Shown piece by piece: positions 48,426-61,797 of a stretch of DNA of 64,000 nucleotides. A program made the position numbers and the translations under genes. A model generated the notes under the pieces. That model did no database searches. It was not told the origin of the DNA and saw only the letters and a program-made list of their open reading frames with translations. Location of the stretch: positions 8,620,001 through 8,684,000 of the forward strand of contig CM075992.1 of the NCBI GenBank assembly GCA_038087875.1. Direction: 5' to 3'. This DNA comes from Malacoraja senta. Its lineage: Eukaryota. Within the stretch, counting starts at the first letter, position 1. Each line of letters begins with the position of its first letter.

Positions 48426-49232
48426 GGTATAGAATGGAATGTTCAAGGTCGCAGGCTCTGCGCCAAGTTTTTCAGCCCTGATAATTATTAGACTGTTCTT
48501 TTTTGAATTTAAAACAGTCTTGATGGTCTGCCTTTGTCTCAGTACTATATGATCTATTATTTAGATATACAGCATTTAACTAACCAACTAATTAACTATA
48601 TATACGCAATAAACTTAATTAACGCTAAAGGTTTAATGTATTATACTAACATGACTAACTATATAGTAGGAAGGATGGGGGAGGTTAGACAGATATTCTA
48701 AATACTAATTATGAGTTAACTAACATATAGGCTAATGAAAAGTGTGATTAATGATGAGGTACTTTAACCCATAATAACTCTATTTTATTTTATTTTAAAT
48801 CTTCTAGCTTTTCTATTTTATTTTAAATTTTTTAGCTATTAATCGACCTGACATGATAATTTTGGTTATAAGTGGAGGAAACCGACTAACATTGGATGAT
48901 ACTGTACTAGGGGGGGGGCAAAGCCCAGTGCATAATTCCATCAACGGAGGTCAATTTAAAATTAATCTTAGCCACCATATGTGGCTTTTTTGTAAGATAT
49001 CGCTTTTTTGATAACTTACACTCACTTTTTTTGTTTATTCACTATTATGAGTTGTATGATTTAACAATCTTTATGAACACTTCATTTTATGTTTTTCTCT
49101 TTCCCTTAATTATGTTTAATAGTGCCAGGAGATGTAAAACTAGTGCAGAAATTATGAAGGACAACCTTGGACTCGTGGTTTCGAGATACTTGGCTGCATC
49201 ACATGAATCATACATTCTGGTAATAATAGCCA

Positions 49233-52200
49233 ATGCAAGATAATAGTCGAATAAACACCGGAGGTCTCACTTTCTGTAGTGGGAACATTAGAGGTGCGAA
49301 TGAGCCAATTAAGAGGGGTAAAATTCTGGCACAATTAAAATCATTAAACATGGATATTGCTTTCCTACAAGAAACGCATTTGAAACAACAAACTCAGATC
49401 AGATTAAGGGCAAACTGGATAGGTCAAACCTACTACTCTGCATTCACTTCTAAAGCAAGACGCACGGCCATTATAATTCGGAAAGGTATACCTTTTAAAT
49501 TAAAGAAGTCCATATCTGATAAAGAGGGAAGATACGTTATAGTCACGGGAGAAATTTATAATACACCATTAACTATGATAAATATTTATGCACCTATTTT
49601 GATAACCCCCAATTTTTAAAGAAAATAGTAGATATAATTGCAGAGCATAATTATCAAAATATAATAATGGGGGGAGATTTTAATTGTGTTCTAGACCCAT
49701 ATTTAGATAAATCAATAAAGGTAGGGAAGCGTCTTGTTAAAACTAAGACCTGTGAATTTTTAAATACTTATATAAAAAATAATAACATAACTGATGTTTG
49801 GAGAATAGCAAACCCAATTGGAAGGGAATATTCGTTTTACTCATCGGCTCATAAAACTTATTCACGAATTGACTATTTCTTATTGGATACAAAATTAATC
49901 CCATATATGACTAAACCATCATACCATAATAGTATTATTTCTGATCATTCACCACTGACTTTTATACTTAAAATCGAGGGAATGGCGGGTATAAAACCTT
50001 TTTGGAGATTCAACGCACAAATATTAAATAACCCGCAGGGTTATGAGTATATAAAAGAACAAACAATTTTTTTTTTCGAGATAAATGAGATGCCGGGTAT
50101 TTCTGTATCGCTATTATGGGAAACCTTTAAGGCATACATTCGCGATGCTATAATCTCTTATCAAAGTTTTCAAAATAAAGAAAATAAAAGAGAACTTCAG
50201 AGGATAGAACAGGAAATAAAATCACTAGAACTGGACAATGCAAGTGACCCAACCATAGATAAACATAATAAGATAACCTTATTGAAATATAAACTCAATA
50301 GAATATTATCAGGAAGAGTAATAAGACTATTCCAAATTACAAAACAGGCACACTTCGAATTTGGGGATAAGCCACATAAATTATTAGCGAGGCAACTGAA
50401 GCAACAAGAAAAGGAAAATACTATCACTAAAATTAAATCTGATAAGGGTGAGCTTCTAACATTACCAAAGGATATTAATAAAAGGTTTGCCCAATTTTAT
50501 CATAATTTATACACAACTAAAATAAATACAGATGATAGTAAAATTACAATTTTTTTTGATAATTTCAACCTCCCCAAATTGTATAGTTTAGAACAAGAGG
50601 AATTAGGAGCACGGATTACTAGTGAAGAAATAAAACAAATAATAAACTCATTGAAAAATGGGAAGACCCCAGGACCAGATGGTTTTAGTAATGAATTTTA
50701 TAAACGATTTCAAGAGTCAATTGTACCAAGATTACTCAACTTATACACGCAGGCTTATACCGATAATAAACTACCAGAAACTTTAGCAGAATCAACAATA
50801 ACGCTTATACCAAAAAAAGATAAAGATTTAGATGAACCGGGTTCTTACAGAGCTATATCACTTCTAAATACGGATCAGAAAATCTTAGCAAAGATTCTAG
50901 CAAGAAGACTGAATAATTGTATTAACAAATTGGTAAACCCGGATCAAACGGGATTTATACCCAAAAGACAATCATTTAATAACTTGAGAAGGCTTTTCAA
51001 TATAATGTACTCTCACAAAGAGGACATTGAAGATATTTCAGTCGTTACGCTAGATGCAGAGAAGGCATTTGATCAGGTAGAATGGCAGTATTTATATAAG
51101 ATACTCCAAAAATTTAATACGGGAGAGAATTTTATTAGATGGGTTAAACTACTCTATGATAAACCTATGGCAAGAATATTAACTAATAATATGTTATCTC
51201 CAAAATTTTATTTATCAAAGGGTAATAGGCAGGGTTGTGCCTTATCACCATTGCTATTTGCCCTTATGATAGAACCACTGGCTGAAAGGATTAGAAATCA
51301 TCCGAATATTCACAGATATAATACTAAGGACTCAAAGAATAAAATGTTATTATATGCTGATTCTTTTATATATTACTAATACACAAACGAGTATCCCCAC
51401 CTTATTAACACTAATTGAGGAATTTGGTTCTTTTTCAGGATATAGAATAATTTGGAATAAAAGCGAAATTATGTCTTTAAAACCACAGGATGCGAGAGAC
51501 ATTAAAATTCCCTTTCAAAATTGCAACAGAAAAATTCAAGTATTTAGGTATTCAAATTACGAGAAGACACAAATCATTATTTAGCGCCAATTTTATGCCA
51601 CTATTAAATAAACTGAATGTTATGATTAAATTTTGGAAAACGCTCCCTCTCTCATTGATAGGTAGAATTAACGCTATAAAAATGACTTTCTTACCACAGT
51701 TAATATATTTGTTTCAAGCGATCCCAATATATATTCCGAACTATTTTTTCAAAAAACGAGATTCTAATATCACCAATTTTATATGGGATTATAGAGCACA
51801 CAGAATTCAACGAAAGCATTTGTGTAAACCTAAAGAAGTTGGGGGTTTATCACTACCTAACTTTACGTATTACTACTGGGCAGTGCATATTAAGAACATA
51901 ATGTACTGGTTGGATAGTTCCACTCACCAGTCGGAGTGGATAAGAATGGAGAAAGAGGAGTGTTTCCCATACGATATAGGAACGATCTTGTTCTCACCGA
52001 TAAAATTGAATAGTATAATATATAAGAAGAACCCAATTATTCACAATACAATAAGAATTTGGAAACAAATTAAAATTATCCTTGAAATTAAATAATCTAT
52101 CAGTACTAACCCCAATATTGAACAATCCTGCATTCAAACCATCTCTTATCGACAAAACATATAAACAATGGGATAGACGGGATTAGGAAAGTAGGAGATA

Positions 52201-52761
52201 TGTATGAATTGGGCAAATTGTTATCATTTCAACAATTAAAATTAAAATTTAAACTGAACGATAATCAATATTTTAAATATATACAGATATGTGACTTTAT
52301 GAAGAAATATATACATAGATTTCAAACTATATGTTTAGACCCTTTAGAAGAAGCAATGAATATTAAGGCTGATTCACAAAAACTAATATCATATTTTTAT
52401 AATAGTATATTAAATAGAGAATTACCCTCAACAGAGGCACTAAGAGAAGATTGGGAACATGAACTAATGATAAAGATCCCGAAAGATAGATGGGAAAAGT
52501 ATCTGATGAGCACACATAATTGTTCCATTAATGCAAGACATAATTTAATTCAATTTAAATTATTACATAGACTATATTATTCAAAAACGAGGTTGAATAA
52601 ATTCTACCCAAACGTCTCTCCCAGATGCGATAAATGTTTGTTTCAAAATGCCAATATAACACATTCATTTGTAGGATGTACAAAGTTGAATACATTTTGG
52701 AGCGATATATTTGATATATTTACAAAGCTCTTCAAGTCAAGAATAGAACCTAACACGGAAT
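49233..52761 (+). mobile_element. L1 LINE ORF2 (endonuclease, RT, zinc knuckle), multiply frameshifted, ends at gap
   Basis: FLQETH, GGDFN, YSRID, SDHSP, KTPGPDG, LDAEKAFD, GNRQGC.LSP, LYAD and CDKC...H.FVGC across ORFs 49233, 49667, 51354, 51490 and 52200. Confidence 0.95.
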
Positions 52762-52961
52762 NNNNNNNNNNNNNNNNNNNNNNNNNNNNNNNNNNNNNNN
52801 NNNNNNNNNNNNNNNNNNNNNNNNNNNNNNNNNNNNNNNNNNNNNNNNNNNNNNNNNNNNNNNNNNNNNNNNNNNNNNNNNNNNNNNNNNNNNNNNNNNN
52901 NNNNNNNNNNNNNNNNNNNNNNNNNNNNNNNNNNNNNNNNNNNNNNNNNNNNNNNNNNNNN
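52762..52961. other. Assembly gap (200 N)
   Basis: Run of N. Confidence 1.
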
Positions 52962-53112
52962 CTCGACCCGAAACGTCGCCCGTTCCTTCTCTCCAGAGAT
53001 GCTGCCTGTCCCGCTGAGTTACTCCAGCATTTTGTGTCTACCTTTGATTTAAACCAGCATCTGCAGTTCTTTCTTACAAACTTCAATCTCGTTTTCTTTT
53101 GACTTTTGACAG

Positions 53113-53205
53113 CGCTGTACTTTGGCCATGCTGTGTTGACACTTCTAGTAACAGCTCAGCCCTGCCGACCTGGATTCCTGCTTAAGGCAAACCAAGACTG
53201 CATTG
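53113..53205 (+). CDS. Gene 2 exon: signal peptide end plus partial EGF
   Basis: ALYFGHAVLTLLVTAQPCRPGFLLKANQDCI; ttgacag/gtgagt; 93 nt; phase 1->1, splicing into D-VDEC. Confidence 0.8.
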
Positions 53206-53256
53206 GTGAGTTACAATCAATCTCTTATTAACATGTACATTGGAAGCCAGAGCAGG

Positions 53257-53595
53257 TGGGACGACAGATGGCGCAATGGGCTCGCAACCGGAAGGTAGCC
53301 GGTTCGAATCCCGCTTGGAGTGCATACTGTCGTTGTGTCCTTGGGCAAGACACTTCACCCACCTTTGCCTGCGTGTGAATGTGTGTGAGTGATTGGTGGT
53401 GGTCGGAGGGGCCGTAGGCGCAGATTAGCAGCCACGCTTCCGTCAGTCTGCCCCAGGGCAGCTGTGGCTACAGAAGTAGCTCACCACCACCGAGTGTGAC
53501 TGAGGAGTGAATGAATAATGCGATGTAAAGCGCCTTGAGTATTAGAAAGGCGCTATATAAATCCAATCCATTATTATTATTATTATTATTATTAT
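53257..53595 (+). mobile_element. CORE-type tRNA SINE with L2-like tail and (ATT)n
   Basis: B box GGTTCGAATCC, core GTGTCCTTGGGCAAGACACTT, tail GTAAAGCGCCTTGAG...AAGGCGCTATATAAAT. Confidence 0.75.
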
Positions 53596-54258
53596 AAAGT
53601 CGTAAGTGACAGGAGGAGAATTAGGCCAAGAGGCCCATCACGCCTACCCCGCCATTCAATTTACAGTTTAAAATTTACAGAAGCCAATTAACCTGCAAAC
53701 CCGCACGTCTTTGGAGTGGGGGAGGAAACCGGAGCACCCGGAGAAAACCCACGTAGAACGTGCAATCTCCGTACAGACAGCGCCCGTGGTCAGGATTGAA
53801 CCCGGGCCTCTGGCGCTGTGAGGCAGCAACTCTACTGCTCCGCCACCATGCCGCCACTCACTGAGATCTTTAGGGTGATTGCTGGACTTGGTAACTTGAG
53901 CTGAGAGTACTAGCTCTGTTCAATTGAAGGTACTTATAAGTGATAGGAGCAGAATTAGGCCATTCGGCCCATCAAGTTCAGTTTAGTTTAATGTCACGTG
54001 TACCGAGGTACAGTGAAAAGCTTTTTGTTGCGTGCTAACCAGTCAGCAGAAAGACAATACATGATTACAATCGAGCCATTAACAATGTACAGATACATGA
54101 TAAGGGAATAACGTTTAGTGCAAGGTAAAGCCAGCAAAGTCCGATCAAGGATAGTCTGAGGGTCACCAATGAGGTAGATAGTAGTTCAGCACTGCTCCCT
54201 GGTTATTGTAGGATGATTCAGTTGCCTGATAACAGCTGGGATGAAGGTGTCCCTGAAG

Positions 54259-54777
54259 TAGTGTTGCCAACTGTCCCGTATTAGCCGGGACATCCCGTAT
54301 ATTGGGCTAAATTGGTTAGTCCCGTACGGGACCGCCCTTGTCCCATATTTGACTGCTACTACTCGGGTCGAGGGGACTGTCTGGTCGGAGCGCCGCGTCT
54401 GGCCCCGCCTCACCCGTCCCGATGCAGTGCAGCCCATGGAGTGCAGCAGCAGCTCCTCGCCTGTGGCCCCGTCGGTCGGCAGCCCGGCCAGCTGTCCGAC
54501 CTTCGGACCTTCGCTTACCGCCGACACCACCACCACCCCTCCTTCTCATGGCCGATCATCGGTTGATGAGTTGGATGGGGTGCCGGACTTTGTGCGCGGT
54601 GCGTGCCAAAACTCCTCAGCTGGCCCGCCGGCTGGGCTTTGTGTGCAGTCCAACACCCAGGGCCAACTCATCATTCACCCAGCCACGGCTGAGTCGGGCA
54701 ACGAATTGCCGTCGGGAATTTGTCCCGTATTTTGGCCTTTTGTCCCTTATTGGGGAGTGGGAAAGTTGGCAACCCTA
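54259..54777. mobile_element. hAT-like MITE
   Basis: TIR TAGTGTTGCCAACT / AGTTGGCAACCCTA; near-perfect 8-bp TSD CCCTGAAG/GCCTGAAG. Confidence 0.75.
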
Positions 54778-57542
54778 GCCTGAAGTCTACTCCACCATTC
54801 AATCGTAGCTGATCTATCTCTCCCTCCTAACCCCATTCTCCTGCCTTCTCCCCATAACCCCTGACTGGTGCCTAAAAATGTATTTTTGTTTGGGATTGCG
54901 AAATGATCTAGCTGGTCGTATCTGAGTGTTGTACTCTGCTTCGACTGATGTTGATGACCGTGGACGAGTTTCTGGGTTTATATTTGGTTTTGTTATTTGT
55001 TTCTGTTTCGGATGGGCAGTGCAGTGTTGACATTAACTTTTACATCAGGGACAGGCAGCCTGCTACAATGTCAGGAAGCCGGTCGTTCCAAGAAAAGGGA
55101 AACTGCTGCTTGGAAATTCCATTGGGATGACCTTCCACTGAAAATTCCGGGGCAGGGATTGACGGAGTTCAAAGGTTCAAAGGTTCAAAGGTTCAAAGGT
55201 TATTTATTGGTCACATACACCATAGATGTAGTGAAATGCTTCTTGCCAATGCAGCACATAAAAAAAGAATACAGACGTAACAATAATAAAGAGATTTAAA
55301 CATAAAAAACATCCCCCCACAATGGTTCCCATTATGAGGGAAGGCACAAAGTCCAGTCCCCATCCCATGTCCACCCATTATGGCCTCCGCAGTCGCCTTT
55401 ACGGAGGCCCGATGTTCCAGGCCCTTCTCGCCGGATGATGGTGCTCCGGCGTCGGGAGAATCCTCACAGCGGCTTGGGAAACCTGGAACGGCCCCTTCCT
55501 TACCGGAGACCGCGGCTTCCGAAGCCGACTGGGCGCGCTGGATGGAGCTCCACCACTGGTGATCTCGGCGAGAGGTCCCAGGCTCCCGATGTTAAAGTTC
55601 AGCGCCGCCGCGCGCGGCTGGCCGCTCTACAGACCCGCAGCTCCGCGATGTTCATCGGCGGTCTTCAGCTCAGCGGAGTTCCAGCGCGGCGACCCGGGCA
55701 AGGCATCGCCCACTCCGCGATAGCGCTGCAGTGCTGCGCCGCCGCCGAAGCCGAGGTTCTGGCCGGTCCCGACAGGAAACGCCACTCCAGGCCCGCTGGT
55801 AGGCCGCGAGGTCGGGTCGAAGGTGCTGCCCGGCGAAAAGCTGCCTCTCCATCCAGGTAGGGACCCTGAAAAGCAGTTTCCCCCTTCCCCCCCCCCCACC
55901 CCCCCATCCTCCACATAAAAACGACTAGAGCTCCAGAAAGAAAACACTAAAACTCACTAAAAAAATGAACAGCTGCAGGCTGGGCAGCCATACCATACAG
56001 GACGGCGCCCAGATAAAGCGAGGGGCACGGTGGCGCAGTGGTAGAGTTGCTGCCTCACAGCGCCCGGGTTCAATCCCAACCACGGGCGCTGTCTGTACGG
56101 AGATTGAACGTTCTCCCCGTGACCTCGTGGGTTTTCTCCGGGTGCTCCGGTTTCCTCCCACACTCCAAAGACGTGCAGGTTTGTAGGTTCATTGGCTTCA
56201 TTCAAATTGTAAAATGTCCCCAGTGCGTGTGGTGTTTATGAAGGAACTGCAGAGGCTGGAAAAATCGAGTGTAGACAAAAATGCTGGAGAATGGTGGTCT
56301 CCTATTCCTTCACTCCTAGATGGATCCTAGATCCAGAACCAGGTGGATGGGCCAAATGGCCTGTTCTATCCCACTATCAGATAATGCCTCTGTGGAACAT
56401 TTGCTGCCACCATAGTCCTCTTCTCCAACAATGTGAAGACATCCTTGCTGCCATTCCCTGGTTACTCTCGAGCAAGGAAACTCTCCACATTATCTCTGCC
56501 CAGAGCTGACAGAGATGGTTGTGGCAATGTTGAACCTTACACCATCTGCCAATAGCAGAGGATATAAGTGATAGGAGCAGAATTAGGCCATTCGGCCCAT
56601 CAAGTCTACTCCGCCATTCAATCATGGCCGATCTATCTCTCCCTCCTAACCCCATTCTCCTGCCTTCTCCCCATAACCCCTGGCACCCGTACTAATCAAG
56701 AATCTATCTATCTCTGCCTTTAAAATATCCACTGACTTGGCCTCCACAGCGTTCTGTGGCAAAGAATCCCACAGATTCACCACCCTCTGACTAAAGATAT
56801 TCCTCCTCATCTCCTTCTTAAAGAACGACCTTTAATTCTGAGGCTGTGACCTCTGGTCCTAGACTCTCCCATTAGTGGAAACATCCTCTCCACAATGAGA
56901 ATGGACAGAGAGTGCCGGAGTAACTCAGCGGGACAGGCAGCATCTCTGGAGAGAAGGAATAGGTAATGTTTCGGGTCGAGACCCTTCTTCAGACCGGAAA
57001 ATAGAGGTTAGAGGGAGCGGGGGGAAATGGAGGCGAGAAAAGGCCAAAACAAAACAGGGCCGGCAACAGATGACCTCAGGAAGGGTTGTGCCCACAATGG
57101 TCCATTGTTGGCTGGGGAAGATGTGTTAACGAGAGGGATACTGGGACAGTGGAACTAGTAGGACATCTCAGGTGGGGGAGGGGAGAGAAGGTGGGGGAGG
57201 AATGCAGAAGGCAGACACATAATGCTGGAGTAACTCAGCAGGACAGGCAGCATCTTTAGAGAGAAGGAATGGGGGCCGTTTTGGGTTGAGACCCTTCTTC
57301 AGACTGCAGAAGTTACTGGTGGGTTTTACAAAGGTCACAATGCACAGCGTCGGAGACCCGGGTACGATGCCTGACTTTGTCCCCCCCCCCACATCTCTTC
57401 CAGCTTCCCCCCACCCCTCACTCCATCAGTCAATCAGAAACGTCACCTATGCACGTTCTCCAGTGATGCTGCCTGACCCGCTGAGTTACTCCAGCACTTT
57501 GGGTCTTTCTAGGTTTTCAATGCTGTCTTCTGTTTGTTTCAG

Positions 57543-57674
57543 ACGTGGATGAGTGTGCTGAAGATGCCAATAAATGTGGACCCAACAAACGATGTGCCAA
57601 TGCACCAGGAAGCTACAACTGCATCTGTCTGCCAGGGTTCAAGATGTACATCAACGACCCAACAAGGTGTAAAG
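57543..57674 (+). CDS. Gene 2 calcium-binding EGF exon (ADGRE-like)
   Basis: DVDECAEDANKCGPNKRCANAPGSYNCICLPGFKMYINDPTRCK: six Cys, D.DEC and C.N..GSY.C motifs; tttcag/gtaagg; phase 1->1. Confidence 0.93.
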
Positions 57675-58056
57675 GTAAGGCTTGGGTGTAAGCGGGGGAC
57701 TCACAGAGGGATCACTGCACTTTAACTCCCTGCCCATGGTAGGTGCAAGGTACATGGATAGGACTGGCTTGGAGGGATATGGGCCAAATGTGGGCAGGTG
57801 GGACTAGTGCAGCTGGGGCATGTTGGCCAGTGTGGGCAAGTTGGGCTGAAGGGCCTGTTTCCACCCTGTATCACTCTATGATCTGTGACTCCAGGGCACA
57901 GGTTGACTGAACGTCAACCTCCTCCACCTCCCCTCCCTCTTCCCACATCAACAGGCCAGTAGATTCCAAGCTGGGGAAGGTCACCAAATCTTTCCTAGGC
58001 TCTTACCCTTCATAGACCTGTGGCCCATGTGCCTTCAAGAACTGGTTACTTTGCAT

Positions 58057-58571
58057 TTAGTTGAGTTGTTGAGTTGAGTTGAGTTTTGTTTTTAGTTGTT
58101 TAGTTGAGATTAGTTGAGATTAGTTGAGTTTAGTTGATATTAGTTGAGATTAGTTGAGTTTAGTTGAGATTAGTTGAGTTTAGTTGAGTTTAGTTGAGAT
58201 TAGTTGAGATTAGTTGAGATTAGTTGAGTTTAGTTTAGTTTAGTTAAGATTAGTTGAGATTAGTTGAGATTAGTTGAGATTAGTTGAGTTTAGTTGAGAT
58301 TAGTTGAGATTAGTTGAGATTAGTTGAGTTTAGTTGAGTTTAGTTGAGATAAGGTGAGTTTCGTTTAGTTGAGTTTAGTTGAGTTTAGTTGAGATTAGTT
58401 GAGTTTAGTTGAGATTAGTTGAGTTTCGTTTAGTTTAGTTGAGTTTAGTTGAGTTTAGTTGAGTTTAGTTGAGATTAGTTGAGTTTAGTTGAGTTTAGTT
58501 GAGATTAGTTGAGATTAGTTGAGTTTTGTTTAGTTTAGTTGAGTTTAGTTTAGTTTAGTTTAGTTTAGTTT
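58057..58571. repeat. (TAGTTGAGAT/TAGTT)n satellite
   Basis: Seen directly. Confidence 0.95.
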
Positions 58572-58920
58572 AATAATAATAATAATACATTTTATTTATA
58601 TAGCGCTTTTCAAGGACAAAGTCGCTTTACATGGAGAGTCAAAAACAAAACCAAATAGAGCAGTAAGACAGAGATGCAAATGGGACAGGTACATGGGACT
58701 AAGGGTATGCAGAGGTGAAGAGATGGGTCTTGAGGCGGGACTGGAGGACTCAGAGTTTCGGATCAATTGTGGGAGGGAGTTCCAGAGCCTGGGAGCTGCC
58801 CTGGAGAAGGCTCTGTCTCCAAAAGCGCAGAGGTTGGATTTCGGAGTGGAGAGGAGACCGGCTGATGTGGATCTGAGGGACCGTGAGGGTTGGTAGGGGG
58901 AGAGGAGGTCAGTGAGATAA
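58572..58920 (-). mobile_element. L2-clade LINE 3' end
   Basis: The reverse strand encodes GDRAFSRAAPRLWNSLPQ; tail AAAGCGCTATATAAATAAAATG(TAT)n. Confidence 0.8.
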
Positions 58921-59939
58921 CAGTTGTAGTTTAACAGATAACAGTTTAGTACACAAAACAGTTGTCCTCTCCCCTCACTGCACCCCCTGCCCAGTAGAGC
59001 TGGAACACTACCTCAGGACAGGTGTCCCTGAACTGGACACAGAGGTGTCCCGTGGTGTTACACCAGTCATTACCTGTGTGGCCACAGTTTCAGGGTTCAA
59101 TTTTAGCTTAGTTTAGAGATACAGTGCAGAAACAGACCTTTCGGCCCATCATGGCTGATCAATCTCTCCCTCCTAACCCCGTTCTCCTGCCTTCTCCCCA
59201 TAACTCCTGACACCCGTACTAATCAAGAATCTATCAATCTCCGCCTTAAAAATATCTAAAATATTACAAATTAAAGGGCACTGTCCTTTTTGCTCCAGAG
59301 ATGCTGCCTGTCCCTCCTCTGGATTCTTTCCCTCTCCTCCAACAACCAGCGAGATCGCAAGGGATGATCTTGTTTAGTTTAATTTAGCACGGAAACAGGT
59401 CTATTACCTGGCCCAGGTGTGTGTTCATGACCTGGCCCTGACGTACTTTCAGTGATCGTGTCAAGCCGACCGACCACCGATCCCCGCAAACTGACACTAT
59501 CCCACACACACTAGGGATAATTTACAATGATACCAAGCCAATTAACCAACAATCTTTGGCATGTGGGAGGAAACCGGAGATTCTGGAGAAAACCCACGCA
59601 GGTCACGGGGGAACGTACAAACTCCGTGCAGACAGCCCCCGTAGTCAGGATGGAATCCGGGTCTCTGGTGCTGTGAGGCAGCAACTCTACTGCTGTGCCT
59701 GTGGTTTGTGCAGAATTCCCACCAAAAATGTCCGTGACTGGATCCGATTCCTTCCTGTAAATGGCACAAAGGTCCTCTGCTACCTTGACCAGCGGTTGGC
59801 ATGACCTTGTGGCAGTGTCTAAGGGATGATGTTATCTAACGCCCGGTGTGTCCCAGTGTGGCCGTATGCACTGTGGTCATACACAACCTGCTGAAGGTCC
59901 TCAACTGGGCTGTGGCCTTCTCGTTTTCAACTTCCACAG

Positions 59940-61115
59940 AGGTTCGGAGTGGGAGGCAGGCGAGACTGAGAGAGCGGGCGGCAGCTCACCATGGGGACTC
60001 TCATCTACCGCAGCGAGGGGACTCTGCAGTACTTGCTCATTTGAAGACCACTCTACCCGACAGAGAGAACGCCACTGTACCTGACAATGGCAGCGCCTCT
60101 GTATCTCATCGAGGGGTCTCTACTCTATCTCAACGAGGGGTCTCAGCTCTACCCGACCATGGGAACATCACTGTATCTCATCGAGGGGACACTGCTGTCC
60201 CTCACCAAAGGCACGCCCTTGTATCTCGCCGAGGGTTCACCGCTGTCCCTCGGCAAGGTGACACCGCAGTTCCTGGCCGTTGGAGCACCCCTGTACCTGG
60301 TGGTGGGAACGTGAACATGCCTGGTCACTCAAGCTCACCTGAGTCTGGAAGCGGGAACACGCTTGACACGATCACTGAAAGTACATCAGGGCCAGGTCAT
60401 GAACACACACCTGGGCCAGGTAATAGACATACACCTGGACCAGGTATTGGACGCACGCCTGGATCGGGTATTGAACACACACCTGAATCAGGTCATGAAC
60501 ACACACCTGAACCAGCTAACCGAAACACACCTGGACCAGGTATTGGATACACACCTGGACCAGGTATTGGATACACACCTGGACCAGGTATTGAACACAC
60601 ATCTGGACCACGTATTGGATACACACCTGGACCAGGTATTGAACAAACACTTGGACAAGGTACTGGACACACACCTGGGCCAGGTATTGGATACACACCT
60701 GGACCAGGTATTGAACACACACCTGGACCAGGTATTGGATACACACCTGGACCAGGTATTGAACAAACACTTGGACAAGGTACTGGACGCACACCTGGGC
60801 CAGGTATTGGGGATGCACCTGGACCAGGTATTGGATACACACCTGGACCAGGTATTGGACACACACCTGGGCCAGGTATTGGATACACACCTGGACCAGA
60901 TATTGAACAAACGCTTGGACAAGGTATTGGACGCACACCTGGGCCAGGTATTGGGAACGCACCTGGGCCAGGTATTGAACACACTCCCGTGCCAGGTATT
61001 GGACACACACCTGGGCCAGGTATTGGACACACACCTGGGCCAGGCATTCAACATAAACCTGGGCCAGGCATTGGACATACACCTGGGCCAGGGAATAAAC
61101 ACACACCTGAGCCAG
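59940..61115 (+). CDS. Probable gene 2 mucin-like stalk exon of 8-aa repeats (TPGPGIGH/Y)
   Basis: ttccacag acceptor; 1176-nt open frame; CAG|gtaatg donor in phase 1; 24-bp periodicity throughout. Confidence 0.6.
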
Positions 61116-61797
61116 GTAATGATACTTACTGGAGAAGACCGCACCTTTCCGCTCTCCATCTGCATAATCCCTGCGTGAATAACCTAATTTAATTCACAAA
61201 GGGTGACAGGGAAGGGAAGCAGGTCTGTGCATCTTCCACTGTCACCTCCGTGACCTTGTTGCTCATTTTGGACTGCACTAGTGTATCTTGGAATTGGAGT
61301 TGGATATCTATACCTCACACTACATCCGCCCTTGATCTAATCCCTTCGTTTTAATAATCCCCGAGTAATATTTCTTACCTGTTGGAAGGATAGGGCTTAA
61401 TTGGGATGAAAGTGATGACTGGTGGCCACTGACCAAGAGTTGGTCAGAATTGGGGTGGCACGGTGGCGCAGCGGTAGAGTTGCTGCCTCACAGCGCCAGA
61501 GGGCCGGGTTCCATCCCAACTATGGGTGCTGTCTGTATGGAGTTTGCACGTTCTCACTGTGACTACGTGGGTTTTCAGCGGGTGCTCCGTTTACCTCCCA
61601 CACTCCAAAGACGTGCAGCTTTGTCGGTTAATTGGCTTGGTGTATGTGTAAATTGTCACTAGTTGTGTAGGATAGTGTTAGTGTGCGGGGATCGCTGGTC
61701 GGTACAGACTGAGTGGGCTGAAGGGGCTGTTTCCACGCTGTATCTCTAAACTAAATGAACTAAGCTAAGATTGAACTCTGAGTCTGCAGCCGTACAG

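Noticed and set aside
60363..61178. Alternative-frame and antisense ORFs over the 24-bp repeat
   Set aside because: Expected from a 3n repeat; only the TPGPGIG frame has matching splice sites and extends through the degenerate 5' units.
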